This document shows, piece after piece, positions 10,534 to 19,478 of a DNA stretch of 64,000 nucleotides. Position 1 is the first letter of the stretch, and each line of letters begins with the position of its first letter. Source of the stretch: Terrimicrobiaceae bacterium (GTDB taxonomy: Bacteria; Verrucomicrobiota; Verrucomicrobiia; Chthoniobacterales; Terrimicrobiaceae). The stretch covers positions 20,809 to 84,808 of the forward strand of contig JBGSVZ010000070.1 of assembly GCA_041752695.1 (NCBI GenBank), in the 5' to 3' direction. The position numbers were made by a program, and so were the translations under genes. The notes beneath the pieces are model-generated. The model worked only from the letters and a program-made list of their open reading frames with translations. It was not told where the DNA came from and made no database searches.

Positions 10534-10545
10534 TCATATTGTTGC
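10534..10545 (-). promoter_or_regulatory. Operator-like motif GCAACAATATGA upstream of the sugar transporter
   Basis: The + strand reads TCATATTGTTGC, matching the motif at 1496, 10789 and 16056. Confidence 0.55.
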
Positions 10546-10788
10546 GCAGACCGCAGCGATGGCTCCCCTCGAAGTAAAAGCTCGGTCCGAATTTATCACG
10601 CTTATCTCATTGAGCTCTCACGCTCCACGACCACCCGGCGGGCCCCGGCAAACCACATTCCCGACAATTATCCGGCTTCTCGGGCGCGATTCGCCGGTTC
10701 CGCGCCAGCCGGGTGCCCGGTTCCGCGCGGCAGGACATCAGGACGGAGGGAGCCTTTCCCCTTGGGTGCCGAACTCTATAACGGAAGT

Positions 10789-10800
10789 TCAACGATATGA
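10789..10800 (+). promoter_or_regulatory. Operator-like motif TCAACGATATGA upstream of the PEP-CTERM gene
   Basis: Identical 12-mer to 1496-1507. Confidence 0.6.
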
Positions 10801-10873
10801 CTCAGACGCCACTTGCTCCTCCGCTGGCGGCATGAAATCCTGCTTCCGGAGGCTAGTTTCTCCACCACCCACC

Positions 10874-12448
10874 ATGATCAAAGTCCCCAGCATGAAAACC
10901 ACCCCATCCCACCGCCGCCCCTCCCACAGCTCTTCGCTACGTGCCTTGAGCGTCTGCCTTCTGCTCGCGGGGCCGATGACCCACGCTGCCGATACGACGA
11001 CCACCGCCTGGAGTGGCACGACTTCTACCACTTGGGCGACTAACACCAACTGGGCGGGGAGCCTTTTGCCGTCAGCGACAGTCAGCGCCAAGTTTGACTC
11101 GACCTTTGCCAATCAGCCTCAATTGACCAGTAACGTTACAACCCAAGGCATTTGGCTTGCCACTGGGGTTGGACAGGATGTTGTGATCGGGAAAGACGGC
11201 AGTGCCCGGACAATCAACATTACGGGTAATGCCACACTAAACGGACAGGCCAACGCCGGAATTCTTCTGGACGACTCAGCCAATCATAATTTGACGCTCG
11301 GCGATGGCTCCGCGGGCAACTACATCATCGCCCTAACGAACAGCACTGGATTTTATGTCAATAATTCCGGCACCTTGACATTACAGGGGCTTTCGAACCT
11401 TAACTTGGGTTCAAATACGTTGACCCTCGGTGGGAGCAATGCTTCCGGCGCAATTTCGATCACCAAAGGCATCACAGGAAATGGTGCGATCGTCGTGAAT
11501 ACCGCCGGTGTGGTCACCATTAACAATACTGGTAACAACTACGCGGGAGGCACGACCCTCACCGCCGGCACGCTCAACATCAACAACGCGAAGGCATTGG
11601 GTCTCACGGCTGGAACTTTCGCGATCAACGGTGGCACGATCGACAACACAAGCGGTGCAGCCATCGCGAGCTTGTCCAACAACAATGCGATCACCATTGG
11701 AGGAAACTTCGCTTTCAAGGGCAGCAATGACCTCGGACTTGGGGCGGGGGCGGTGAATCTTGGGGGCGCGACACGCACCATCACGACGGAGGCTGGCAGA
11801 TTGACTTTGGGCGGCGCGATCTCCAACGGTGGCTTAACCAAGGCCGGCGCGGGCACACTGGCACTTTCCGCCATCAACAGCTACTCCGGCACGACAACCG
11901 TATCCGCCGGAACACTGGTGCTCTCGGGAAATGGTGAAATCAATTCCAGTTCCAGTATCTCGGTTTCCGCCGGTGCGACGATTGAGAACAACAACAACGC
12001 CTCATCGGTCACGCCAGCTCTCGCTCTGGCCGAAGGGGCGGCCGTCCTCACCTCGGCGGCCACAAGCGCCTTCGCGCCGACGAGTTTGACGCTTTCAGGG
12101 AATCTTTCCGACGGCTGGTCGGCAATTTCCCTGACTGCGACACTCGGCAGCGGCTTGATAAAGAGTGGCGACCTCACGCTTTCGCTCACGGGGATTACGG
12201 CAGGAACCTATAACCTGACGAGCGGAACGGGTTTTTCCGGCAGCTTTACGACAGCCAATGTGAACGGCAGTGCGCTCACCATCAGTGGTTCGGATTTCAG
12301 CGGGGACAACATCGGGGGCTTTGATTTTGACTACACGAACAGCACCAATGTGCTCGTGGTTACAGCCGTGCCTGAGCCGCAAACGATGGTTCTTCTCGCC
12401 GTCGGCCTGACGGCCGCCATGGTCCTCCGCCGCCGGAGAGACTTCTGA
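10874..12448 (+). CDS. PEP-CTERM surface protein with autotransporter-associated beta-strand repeats
   Basis: Signal peptide, G/N/T/S-rich repeats (NNYAGGTTLTAGTL, GLTKAGAGTLALSAINSYSGTTTVSAGTL), and a C-terminal VPEP + TM helix + RRRR. Start is 10874 or 10892. Confidence 0.9.
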   Translation: MIKVPSMKTTPSHRRPSHSSSLRALSVCLLLAGPMTHAADTTTTAWSGTTSTTWATNTNWAGSLLPSATVSAKFDSTFANQPQLTSNVTTQGIWLATGVGQDVVIGKDGSARTINITGNATLNGQANAGILLDDSANHNLTLGDGSAGNYIIALTNSTGFYVNNSGTLTLQGLSNLNLGSNTLTLGGSNASGAISITKGITGNGAIVVNTAGVVTINNTGNNYAGGTTLTAGTLNINNAKALGLTAGTFAINGGTIDNTSGAAIASLSNNNAITIGGNFAFKGSNDLGLGAGAVNLGGATRTITTEAGRLTLGGAISNGGLTKAGAGTLALSAINSYSGTTTVSAGTLVLSGNGEINSSSSISVSAGATIENNNNASSVTPALALAEGAAVLTSAATSAFAPTSLTLSGNLSDGWSAISLTATLGSGLIKSGDLTLSLTGITAGTYNLTSGTGFSGSFTTANVNGSALTISGSDFSGDNIGGFDFDYTNSTNVLVVTAVPEPQTMVLLAVGLTAAMVLRRRRDF

Positions 12449-12462
12449 TATTCCCGGAAAAT

Positions 12463-12507
12463 TCTTCATGTCCTCTTGCCACGGGGGGGTGGCAAGGGGC
12501 ATGAAGA
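12463..12507 (+). terminator. Strong stem-loop downstream of the PEP-CTERM gene (terminator or mRNA stabiliser)
   Basis: TCTTCATGTCCTCTTGCCAC-GGGGGG-GTGGCAAGGGGCATGAAGA is a near-perfect inverted repeat. No U-tract follows. Confidence 0.55.
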
Positions 12508-12666
12508 CCACGGCAGCCTCTTAGGGTTGCAAGAGTTTCAGGAGAAGGGATTTAATCCACATTCCCTCGTGGCGAGGAACACGGTAAGAGTCCGATGGGA
12601 ATTCTTTTCCGGGGTCAACCGGGTGGCCTTCGGATCCGACCCGCGGAAGACAATCCACACTTTTTC

Positions 12667-15600
12667 ATGACAAATAGATTTGCTCTGGTCATCGCCTCCT
12701 CTTGTGTCCTCGTATCAATGGTTAAAGCATCCCCGGTCTTCGGACCTTTTGATGCAGATGCGCGAGGGGCCGGTCCCGGCCACATCGAGTGGTTTGATGG
12801 CAAACCGCCGACCGAACCGGGGGATCCCTGGACGATCGCGGCATGGGTGAAACCAAAGCCGGACTTTTCCATCTCCACTCCCACCTTGGTGGCCGGCTTT
12901 GGTGACGGCGTGGACTTTTTCGGCGCGCAGCGGTTCATCGCGGCCGACGCCAACGGCTGGTTTTTCTGGTATGGCAACTCCCAGCCCCTGCTCAAAGATC
13001 TGAAGACCGGCAAGTTGCCCGTCCTGCCTGTGTTGCCCGATCGAGTTTCTTTCAACGCGGAGGCGAAGGCGGACGTCTGGAAGCACCTCGTGGCCAGCTT
13101 TGACGGCAAAACGCTCCGCCTCTTTGTCGATGGCAAGCTGACGGCCACCGAGAACATCACCCTCACGCGCGCTGCGATGCAGCCGTTGGTGGCCCCTCCC
13201 CCGGCCTGGCAATACGGCGGTTGTTTCGCTGGCAAGGTTGCCCGATTTACGATCTGGGACAAGGTTTTGCCGGAGAGCGAAATTGCACGGCTCGCCGGCG
13301 AAAATGCCGACCTTGCCGCCACCACATTCACCCCGGCACCACCGGGAGACACCCCGTCCTATCGGATCAATGCCCGGGATTTTTGGACCGGCCGCGATCG
13401 GAATCTCCCGGCCCAGGACCCGTCCACGCTCCCGAAACCGGTTCCCGAAGTAAAGACAGAGCGTCTCCCCAAGTTAAGCCCCCGCCCAACCGCAACCCCC
13501 GATGGTCGGGGCAATCTTGTGCTCAACCGAGGCTGGGAAATGGCCGACGCCTGGACGGTGCCAGCGACACCTGAGCAAATCTCGCAACCGGGCTTCGATA
13601 CCGCTTCCTGGTATGATGCCACAGTCCCTGGAACCGCGTTGACCACACTGGTCCAGCAAGGCGTTTACCCCGATCCTCTCCACGGACTGAACAACCTGCT
13701 TATTCCCGACCTTGCCAAACATTCCTGGTGGTATCGGGTGGAGTTCCCCACTCCCCCGGCGTGGAAAGGCCGCAATGTCGGGCTCACCTTCAAGGGCATC
13801 AACTATCGTTCCGAGATCTGGCTGAATGGCCGCAAACTTGGGCAGACCAGCGGGGCCTTTATCCGGGGCCAGTTCCAAGTTGCTCCCGAGCTTGTCGCAG
13901 AAGGAAATAATGTGCTTGCGGTGCGAGTTTGGCCCCAGCCTCACTACAACGCCCAGGGTTGCGGCGAGGAATCCATCGCCGCCGGAGCCGGCCCGAACGG
14001 CGGCGACGGCACGCTCGACGGTCCCAGTTTCTTTTGCACCGATGGATGGGACTGGATCCCCACCATCCGCGACCGCTGCACCGGCATCTGGCAGGACGTC
14101 GTCCTACATCCCACCGGGCCGGTCGCCATCGGCGACCCCCAAGTCGTCACCACCCTGCCCAAGCTGCCTGATCTCTCCATGGCTGAAGTGGCGATTTCCT
14201 CGGATCTGCGCAACCTCACTCAAAATCCCCAGACTGTCACCGTCGAGGTATCGATCGCCGGAGCCAAAGAAGCCAAATCCGTAATATTGGCCGCTGGTGC
14301 GACCGAAACCGTCAAATTTCAACTCTCGGTTAGCCACCCGAAACTCTGGTGGCCCAATGGTTATGGCGAACCGACGCTGCACGACTTCACCCTCTCGGTG
14401 GTGGACGCCGACAAGCGCGAATCCGACCGCTTCACCCAGCGCATCGGTCTCCGCCAGATCGACTACGAATACCTCCCTGCTGCCAAGGATTTCCCGAACA
14501 ATACCCCGCTTGTCATCAAGGTGAATGGCCGGCGCATCTACGCGCGGGGCGGGAATTGGGGTCAGGATGACGCCCTCAAACGTTCGTCCACGGAGCGTCT
14601 CGAACCCTACTTCCGTTTGCACCGCGACGCGAATTTTACCCTCATCCGGAATTGGTGCGGACAAAGCACCCAGGAAAATTTTTATGAACTCGCCGACAAA
14701 TACGGCCTCATGGTCTGGAATGACTTTTGGCTCTCGACCACCAGTTACAACAACCCCGCCGTCGATGCCGAGCGCTTCCTCGCCAATGCCGAGGATGTTA
14801 TCAAGCGCTTTCGCAACCACGCCTCCATCGTGATCTGGTGCGGACGCAATGAAGGTTTCCCACCCGTCTGGATCAACGAACCCCTCGACCGACTTCTCAC
14901 GACACTCGATGGTACCCGGAAGTACATTCCCCAATCCACCAACCGCCAGTTCCTGATGAAAAGCGGTCCCTGGGCGATTCAGGAGCCCGCCTATTATTAC
15001 AACCGGCAACAAGGCTTCTGCACCGAACTCGGCGTCAACTCCGTGCCGACCGCCGATGCCATGCGGGCCATGCTCGATCCAAGTCAGTATTGGCCGGCTC
15101 TCGAACAGGACGCCTGGGCGTACCACGATTTCCACAGCAACGACAACGGCTCCCGCACGCCCTACCTCAAAGAGTCGGACATCCGCTATGGCAAGGGAGA
15201 GAACCTCGACGACTTCATCCGTCGCGTCCAGATGCTCAACTACACCCAGCATCGACTGATGTTCGAGTCGTGGAATTCCAACCTCTGGAATCCCTGCACG
15301 GGCCTGCTCCTTTGGATGACCCACCCCGCCTGGCCCAGCACCGTCTGGCAGGTTTATTCCAGCGACTACGACACCCACGCCGCTTACTACGGCAGCAAGA
15401 AAGCCTGCGAGCCCGTACATGTGCAGTGGAACCTGAACGATGACTCCGTCTCGATCATCAACAATCCGGAAGACGCGCTCGAAAACGCCAGCCTCACGAT
15501 CAAGCTCATCGGCTTGGATGACTCGACCTTAAGTGAATCAACCACCCCGATCAAGGTCGCCCCCAACAGCGCCGAGCGGCTAGCAACGGTGGCTTGGGCG

Positions 15601-16020
15601 GATTTCGCGACGCAGCCTGTGCAGTTCCTAAAGCTCGCATTGCATGACCAGACCGGGAAACTGCTTTCGGAGAATTTTTACTGGCACTCCCAAAAGCCGG
15701 AGCAATTGCGACTGCTCGAGAATTTGCCCCAGGTGGCGTTGAGTGGCGCAGTGCGATTCAGCGTGGAGGGCGAGGAGACGATCGCCCATGTTGATTTGAG
15801 CAATCCCGCAAAAACTGTCGCACTGATGTCCCACCTCTGCCTGCGGAACGCGGAGACCGGGACACGCATCCTTCCCGCCTACGCCAGCGATAACTACGTC
15901 TCCCTGCTGCCCGGCGAGAAGAAAACTCTTACCATACGCTGCAAGAACAAGGATGTCGCGCCAACGATGGCGATCTCATTGGATGGCTGGAATGTGAATC
16001 CGACCACCTTGCGGGAGTAA
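12667..16020 (+). CDS. Glycoside hydrolase family 2 (beta-mannosidase-like) with N-terminal LamG/ConA domain
   Basis: Signal peptide, LamG-like WKHLVASFDGKTLRLFVDG, ATVPGT..TTL, GWDWIPTIRDRCTGIW, RGGNWG, acid/base WCGRNE and nucleophile TELG. Confidence 0.88.
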   Translation: MTNRFALVIASSCVLVSMVKASPVFGPFDADARGAGPGHIEWFDGKPPTEPGDPWTIAAWVKPKPDFSISTPTLVAGFGDGVDFFGAQRFIAADANGWFFWYGNSQPLLKDLKTGKLPVLPVLPDRVSFNAEAKADVWKHLVASFDGKTLRLFVDGKLTATENITLTRAAMQPLVAPPPAWQYGGCFAGKVARFTIWDKVLPESEIARLAGENADLAATTFTPAPPGDTPSYRINARDFWTGRDRNLPAQDPSTLPKPVPEVKTERLPKLSPRPTATPDGRGNLVLNRGWEMADAWTVPATPEQISQPGFDTASWYDATVPGTALTTLVQQGVYPDPLHGLNNLLIPDLAKHSWWYRVEFPTPPAWKGRNVGLTFKGINYRSEIWLNGRKLGQTSGAFIRGQFQVAPELVAEGNNVLAVRVWPQPHYNAQGCGEESIAAGAGPNGGDGTLDGPSFFCTDGWDWIPTIRDRCTGIWQDVVLHPTGPVAIGDPQVVTTLPKLPDLSMAEVAISSDLRNLTQNPQTVTVEVSIAGAKEAKSVILAAGATETVKFQLSVSHPKLWWPNGYGEPTLHDFTLSVVDADKRESDRFTQRIGLRQIDYEYLPAAKDFPNNTPLVIKVNGRRIYARGGNWGQDDALKRSSTERLEPYFRLHRDANFTLIRNWCGQSTQENFYELADKYGLMVWNDFWLSTTSYNNPAVDAERFLANAEDVIKRFRNHASIVIWCGRNEGFPPVWINEPLDRLLTTLDGTRKYIPQSTNRQFLMKSGPWAIQEPAYYYNRQQGFCTELGVNSVPTADAMRAMLDPSQYWPALEQDAWAYHDFHSNDNGSRTPYLKESDIRYGKGENLDDFIRRVQMLNYTQHRLMFESWNSNLWNPCTGLLLWMTHPAWPSTVWQVYSSDYDTHAAYYGSKKACEPVHVQWNLNDDSVSIINNPEDALENASLTIKLIGLDDSTLSESTTPIKVAPNSAERLATVAWADFATQPVQFLKLALHDQTGKLLSENFYWHSQKPEQLRLLENLPQVALSGAVRFSVEGEETIAHVDLSNPAKTVALMSHLCLRNAETGTRILPAYASDNYVSLLPGEKKTLTIRCKNKDVAPTMAISLDGWNVNPTTLRE

Positions 16021-16055
16021 TAACAGTCGATCGGAGAAAACAATGCGCCGGTCAT

Positions 16056-16067
16056 TCAACAATATGA
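16056..16067 (+). promoter_or_regulatory. Operator-like motif TCAACAATATGA upstream of the esterase-lyase-GH operon
   Basis: One mismatch to the 12-mer at 1496 and 10789; lies in a 213-bp intergenic gap. Confidence 0.55.
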
Positions 16068-16233
16068 CTTCCGCAAGGGGTGCACTTATTCTGCATGGCG
16101 ATACCTTCATTGCCTAACGATCCCCCTTGGAACGTATGCCAACCCACAGGTTCTCATTTTTAGCACTGGCCTACCCCGTGACCCCCAGCGGCGTCACTGG
16201 CGAAATGAGCCTCTCCTGCCTGCCGGAACATCA

Positions 16234-17859
16234 GTGAGAATATCCCTAATCATCCTTACGTTTTGCGCATTGGCTCCCAGCGCGTTTGCAGAAGTCAGAC
16301 CGAATGCACTCTTTTCGGACAACGCCGTTTTGCAGCAGGGCATGCCGGTACCTGTCTGGGGGACAGCCGGCCCGGGGGAGGTAATCATGGTTAGTTTCGC
16401 GGAGCAGACGAAAAGCGCGACGACCGACGTCACAGGAAAGTGGATGGTGAAACTCGATCCCTTACAGGCAACATCGACGCCCGCGTCGCTGCTTATATCT
16501 TCCCAGACGTCGGGGTCAAAAATTGAGGTCTTAAACGTTGTCGTCGGCGAGGTCTGGGTCTGTTCCGGCCAGTCCAATATGGCCTATGCTATGAAAGGGG
16601 TCCCCAATCTGAAGACCGAAGCTTCCCAGGCGGATAAACTTAAGTTGCGGATGTTCAAGGTGCAGTCGATGAGAGCCCCGACGCCGCAAACCGATGTGAT
16701 CGGCAAGTGGGTGGTGTGCTCCGCTGCGACCATTGAAGGGTTTTCCGCCGTTGGCTATTTTTTCGGACGCGACATCCACAAAACCACCAACGTTCCTGTT
16801 GGCATGATTCACAGTTCCGTGAGCGGCACAGCTGCAGAGCTCTGGACCAGCCTTTCCGGACTGGAGAAGGAACCTTCTTTGCAAGGCTACGTGCAACTCG
16901 CGAACGCGACTCTGAAAAATGATCAGGGCGGCGCTGAAAACTACCCAAAGGAAATCGAGGAATACCAAACCCGCCTGAAGAATTGGGAGGCGACGGAAGG
17001 AAAGGCCTACGGCGAGGTGATGAAAGCGTGGAAAGCCGCGAACAAGGACAACCCAGCGGCGGGCAACCCCCCAGTTCCCGCCGTGCCGAAGCCGATTCCG
17101 CCGACGGATCCTATTGGGAAAAAGCCGACAGTTTTGTTCAACGGAAAGATCGCCCCCCTGATTCCCTACGCGATCAGAGGAGCCATTTGGTATCAGGGGG
17201 AGTCAAATAGCCCAAAGCCCTTTGAGTATCGCACCCTTTTTCCCCGCCTGATTGCCGATTGGCGGGAGAAATGGGGGCAAGGTGACTTTCCTTTTCTTTT
17301 TGTGCAAATTGCCCCTTTCAAGGGAAATCCTCCCGAGTTGCGCGAGGCCCAGTTTCTGACTTGGAAAAAAACCCCGAACACCGCGATGGCGGTACTTACC
17401 GATACGCCCCCCAATCTTCACCCGTCGGACAAGGAACCTGCCGGGACTCGGCTCGCCCTGGCAGCACGCGCCATTGCTTACGGCGAAAACATGGAATACT
17501 CTGGCCCGGAATATGATTCGATGAAGATTGAGGAGAATCGCGTTATTCTCAACTTCCATCACGTTGGCGGCGGACTGATCGCCAAAGACGGACCGCTGAA
17601 AGGCTTCCTGATTGCCGGCGCGGACAAAAAACTCGTGGAGGCCACCGCCGAAATCCAGGGTGAAACGGTAGTGGTTTCGAGCGCCCAAGTGCCAGCACCC
17701 CTTGCCGTGCGTTACGGCTTTGTCGCCAACCCCGAGGTCAATCTCTGGAACAAGGATGGCCTGCCCGCTTCACCGTTCCGCACGGATCCGGAATCCATGA
17801 CCGAAGACGTTTCTCCGAACAAAAAGCCGCTAACCGAGACCATCTCACCAGAAACTTAA
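16234..17859 (+). CDS. Sialate O-acetylesterase-family (SASA/SGNH) carbohydrate esterase
   Basis: LFSDNAVLQQ, GEVWVCSGQSNM, FSAVGYFF, IWYQGESN, LHP.DK and GLPASPFRTD motifs. GTG start. Confidence 0.9.
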   Translation: MRISLIILTFCALAPSAFAEVRPNALFSDNAVLQQGMPVPVWGTAGPGEVIMVSFAEQTKSATTDVTGKWMVKLDPLQATSTPASLLISSQTSGSKIEVLNVVVGEVWVCSGQSNMAYAMKGVPNLKTEASQADKLKLRMFKVQSMRAPTPQTDVIGKWVVCSAATIEGFSAVGYFFGRDIHKTTNVPVGMIHSSVSGTAAELWTSLSGLEKEPSLQGYVQLANATLKNDQGGAENYPKEIEEYQTRLKNWEATEGKAYGEVMKAWKAANKDNPAAGNPPVPAVPKPIPPTDPIGKKPTVLFNGKIAPLIPYAIRGAIWYQGESNSPKPFEYRTLFPRLIADWREKWGQGDFPFLFVQIAPFKGNPPELREAQFLTWKKTPNTAMAVLTDTPPNLHPSDKEPAGTRLALAARAIAYGENMEYSGPEYDSMKIEENRVILNFHHVGGGLIAKDGPLKGFLIAGADKKLVEATAEIQGETVVVSSAQVPAPLAVRYGFVANPEVNLWNKDGLPASPFRTDPESMTEDVSPNKKPLTETISPET

Positions 17860-17861
17860 AA

Positions 17862-19427
17862 ATGAGACTCCCTTCCCTGGCTCTCTTTCGACCCCTGCTT
17901 CTCCTCGCTCTCGCCGGATCGGCCTCATCTTTGGTCAGTGCCTCCCCCGCCCAAAGCGAATGGGTCCATCTGAATCCCGACGGCAAACTCGTCTATAAAA
18001 CCTTGCCGGGTGGTGACCGCATCATCGATTTTTCCCACGCCGGTTATGGTGGCGGTGGAGTCGCCTTGCCAGTTGCTCCTATTAAAAAAACGGTTTCGCC
18101 CTCCGGCGGAGAGGACTCGGAAGCGATCCAAAAGGCCGTGGATGAGGTCGCGGCCATGCCTCTGGCCAACGGAATGCGTGGGGCTGTCTTACTGGCACCG
18201 GGAACATTTCGCTGCGAACAGCCCATTCGGATTTCTCAGGACGGCGTGGTCGTCAGGGGCTCGGGCTCGGGCGAAGGTGGTACGGTGATTGAGATGACGG
18301 GCGAGCCTCATACTTGTCTCGTCCTGGAGGGGGCCGCCTTGAAGTTCCCCAAAGAAAACGCCTCGGACATTTATCCCGTGACCGACTCCTACATTCCCTC
18401 AGGTGCCAACAGCCTGACAGTCAAGGATGCAACGGGACTCAAGGTCGGCGATACCGTGCTGGTGCGCTGGCTCCGCACGGCGAGTTGGATTCAATTCATG
18501 GGCATGGACAACCTTATCCGGGATGGAAAGTTGCAGAATTGGATTCAGCCGGACTCCCCCACCTCCTATCAACGGAAGATTCAGACATTGTCAGGAAATC
18601 GCCTCACTTTGGACGTGCCTCTGACCGACTCCATTGACTCGAAACATCTCTCCGCCGTCATCGTGAAAACGGCGTCGCCAAAACGCCTCACGCAGTGCGG
18701 CTTCGAATCATTGCGCATCAATTCGCCGCCGCCCACCGGAACGTTGAAGGCGAAGAACAATACCGCTATGACCGCCGACAACTGCGAAGACTGCTGGTTC
18801 CGGGATATTGTCACAAACGATACACTAAATATTGCCAAAATACTGGGCAACGCCCGCCGTATCACTTTGCTCAACATTCAGGCGTTCCATACCGCAACCA
18901 TTGCAAAGGGTGCCGGCTATCCTGCGGACTTTACGCTCCGGGGTTCTCAAGTGTTGATCGATCGCTGCACTTCCAAGGGAGATGGTGCCTTCTTCGTGGA
19001 TGCGGCGCATTCGTCGGCTGTTCTTAACGCAGCCTTAAATTGCAACTTTGAAGGGAAGGGAGCCATTCAACCGCATCAACGGTGGTCCACTGGTCTATTA
19101 GTTGATTCGTGCAAAGTGCCTGACGGAAAAATCGAATTTATCAATCGTAATACCGCGGGATCCGGTCATGGCTGGACGATGGGATGGGCGGTCGCCTGGA
19201 ACTCGATGGCCAAGTCTTTCAACATCCAACAGCCCCCCGGAAGCATCAATTGGTGTATAGGATGCACCGGAGAATTAGATTGGGGCAAATTGCCCAAGGG
19301 CGAAAATCCACCGCCACCCGGCCCATGGCTTTCCTCCCACGGGACGCCCGTTGAACCCGCCAGCCTTTACCTCGCGCAACTGCGAGAACGTCTGGGCAAG
19401 CAGGCCGTGACAAACATTGGATATTAG
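17862..19427 (+). CDS. Secreted right-handed beta-helix (pectate lyase-fold) polysaccharide-active protein
   Basis: Signal peptide, DFSHAGYGGGG, AIQKAVD...GAVLLAPGTF (beta-helix cap), PHQRWSTGLLVD, GSGHGW and P.SLYLAQL motifs. Confidence 0.7.
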   Translation: MRLPSLALFRPLLLLALAGSASSLVSASPAQSEWVHLNPDGKLVYKTLPGGDRIIDFSHAGYGGGGVALPVAPIKKTVSPSGGEDSEAIQKAVDEVAAMPLANGMRGAVLLAPGTFRCEQPIRISQDGVVVRGSGSGEGGTVIEMTGEPHTCLVLEGAALKFPKENASDIYPVTDSYIPSGANSLTVKDATGLKVGDTVLVRWLRTASWIQFMGMDNLIRDGKLQNWIQPDSPTSYQRKIQTLSGNRLTLDVPLTDSIDSKHLSAVIVKTASPKRLTQCGFESLRINSPPPTGTLKAKNNTAMTADNCEDCWFRDIVTNDTLNIAKILGNARRITLLNIQAFHTATIAKGAGYPADFTLRGSQVLIDRCTSKGDGAFFVDAAHSSAVLNAALNCNFEGKGAIQPHQRWSTGLLVDSCKVPDGKIEFINRNTAGSGHGWTMGWAVAWNSMAKSFNIQQPPGSINWCIGCTGELDWGKLPKGENPPPPGPWLSSHGTPVEPASLYLAQLRERLGKQAVTNIGY

Positions 19428-19478
19428 CGCGACGTGGCATGATCACAAAACAGAAATCCCTCTCCCCTCACCTCTTCT

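Noticed and set aside
10421..10873. Long N-terminal extension of the PEP-CTERM ORF (similar extensions at 34623-35150, 45075-45476, 8147-8533, 55934-56095)
   Set aside because: These overlap neighbouring genes or promoter motifs, and the signal peptides or family motifs begin at downstream starts.
11500..11930. Repeated sequence in the PEP-CTERM gene considered as a tandem repeat, CRISPR or DGR-type element
   Set aside because: The repeats are at the protein level (autotransporter-associated beta strands), with no identical nucleotide repeats or spacers and no RT or cas gene.
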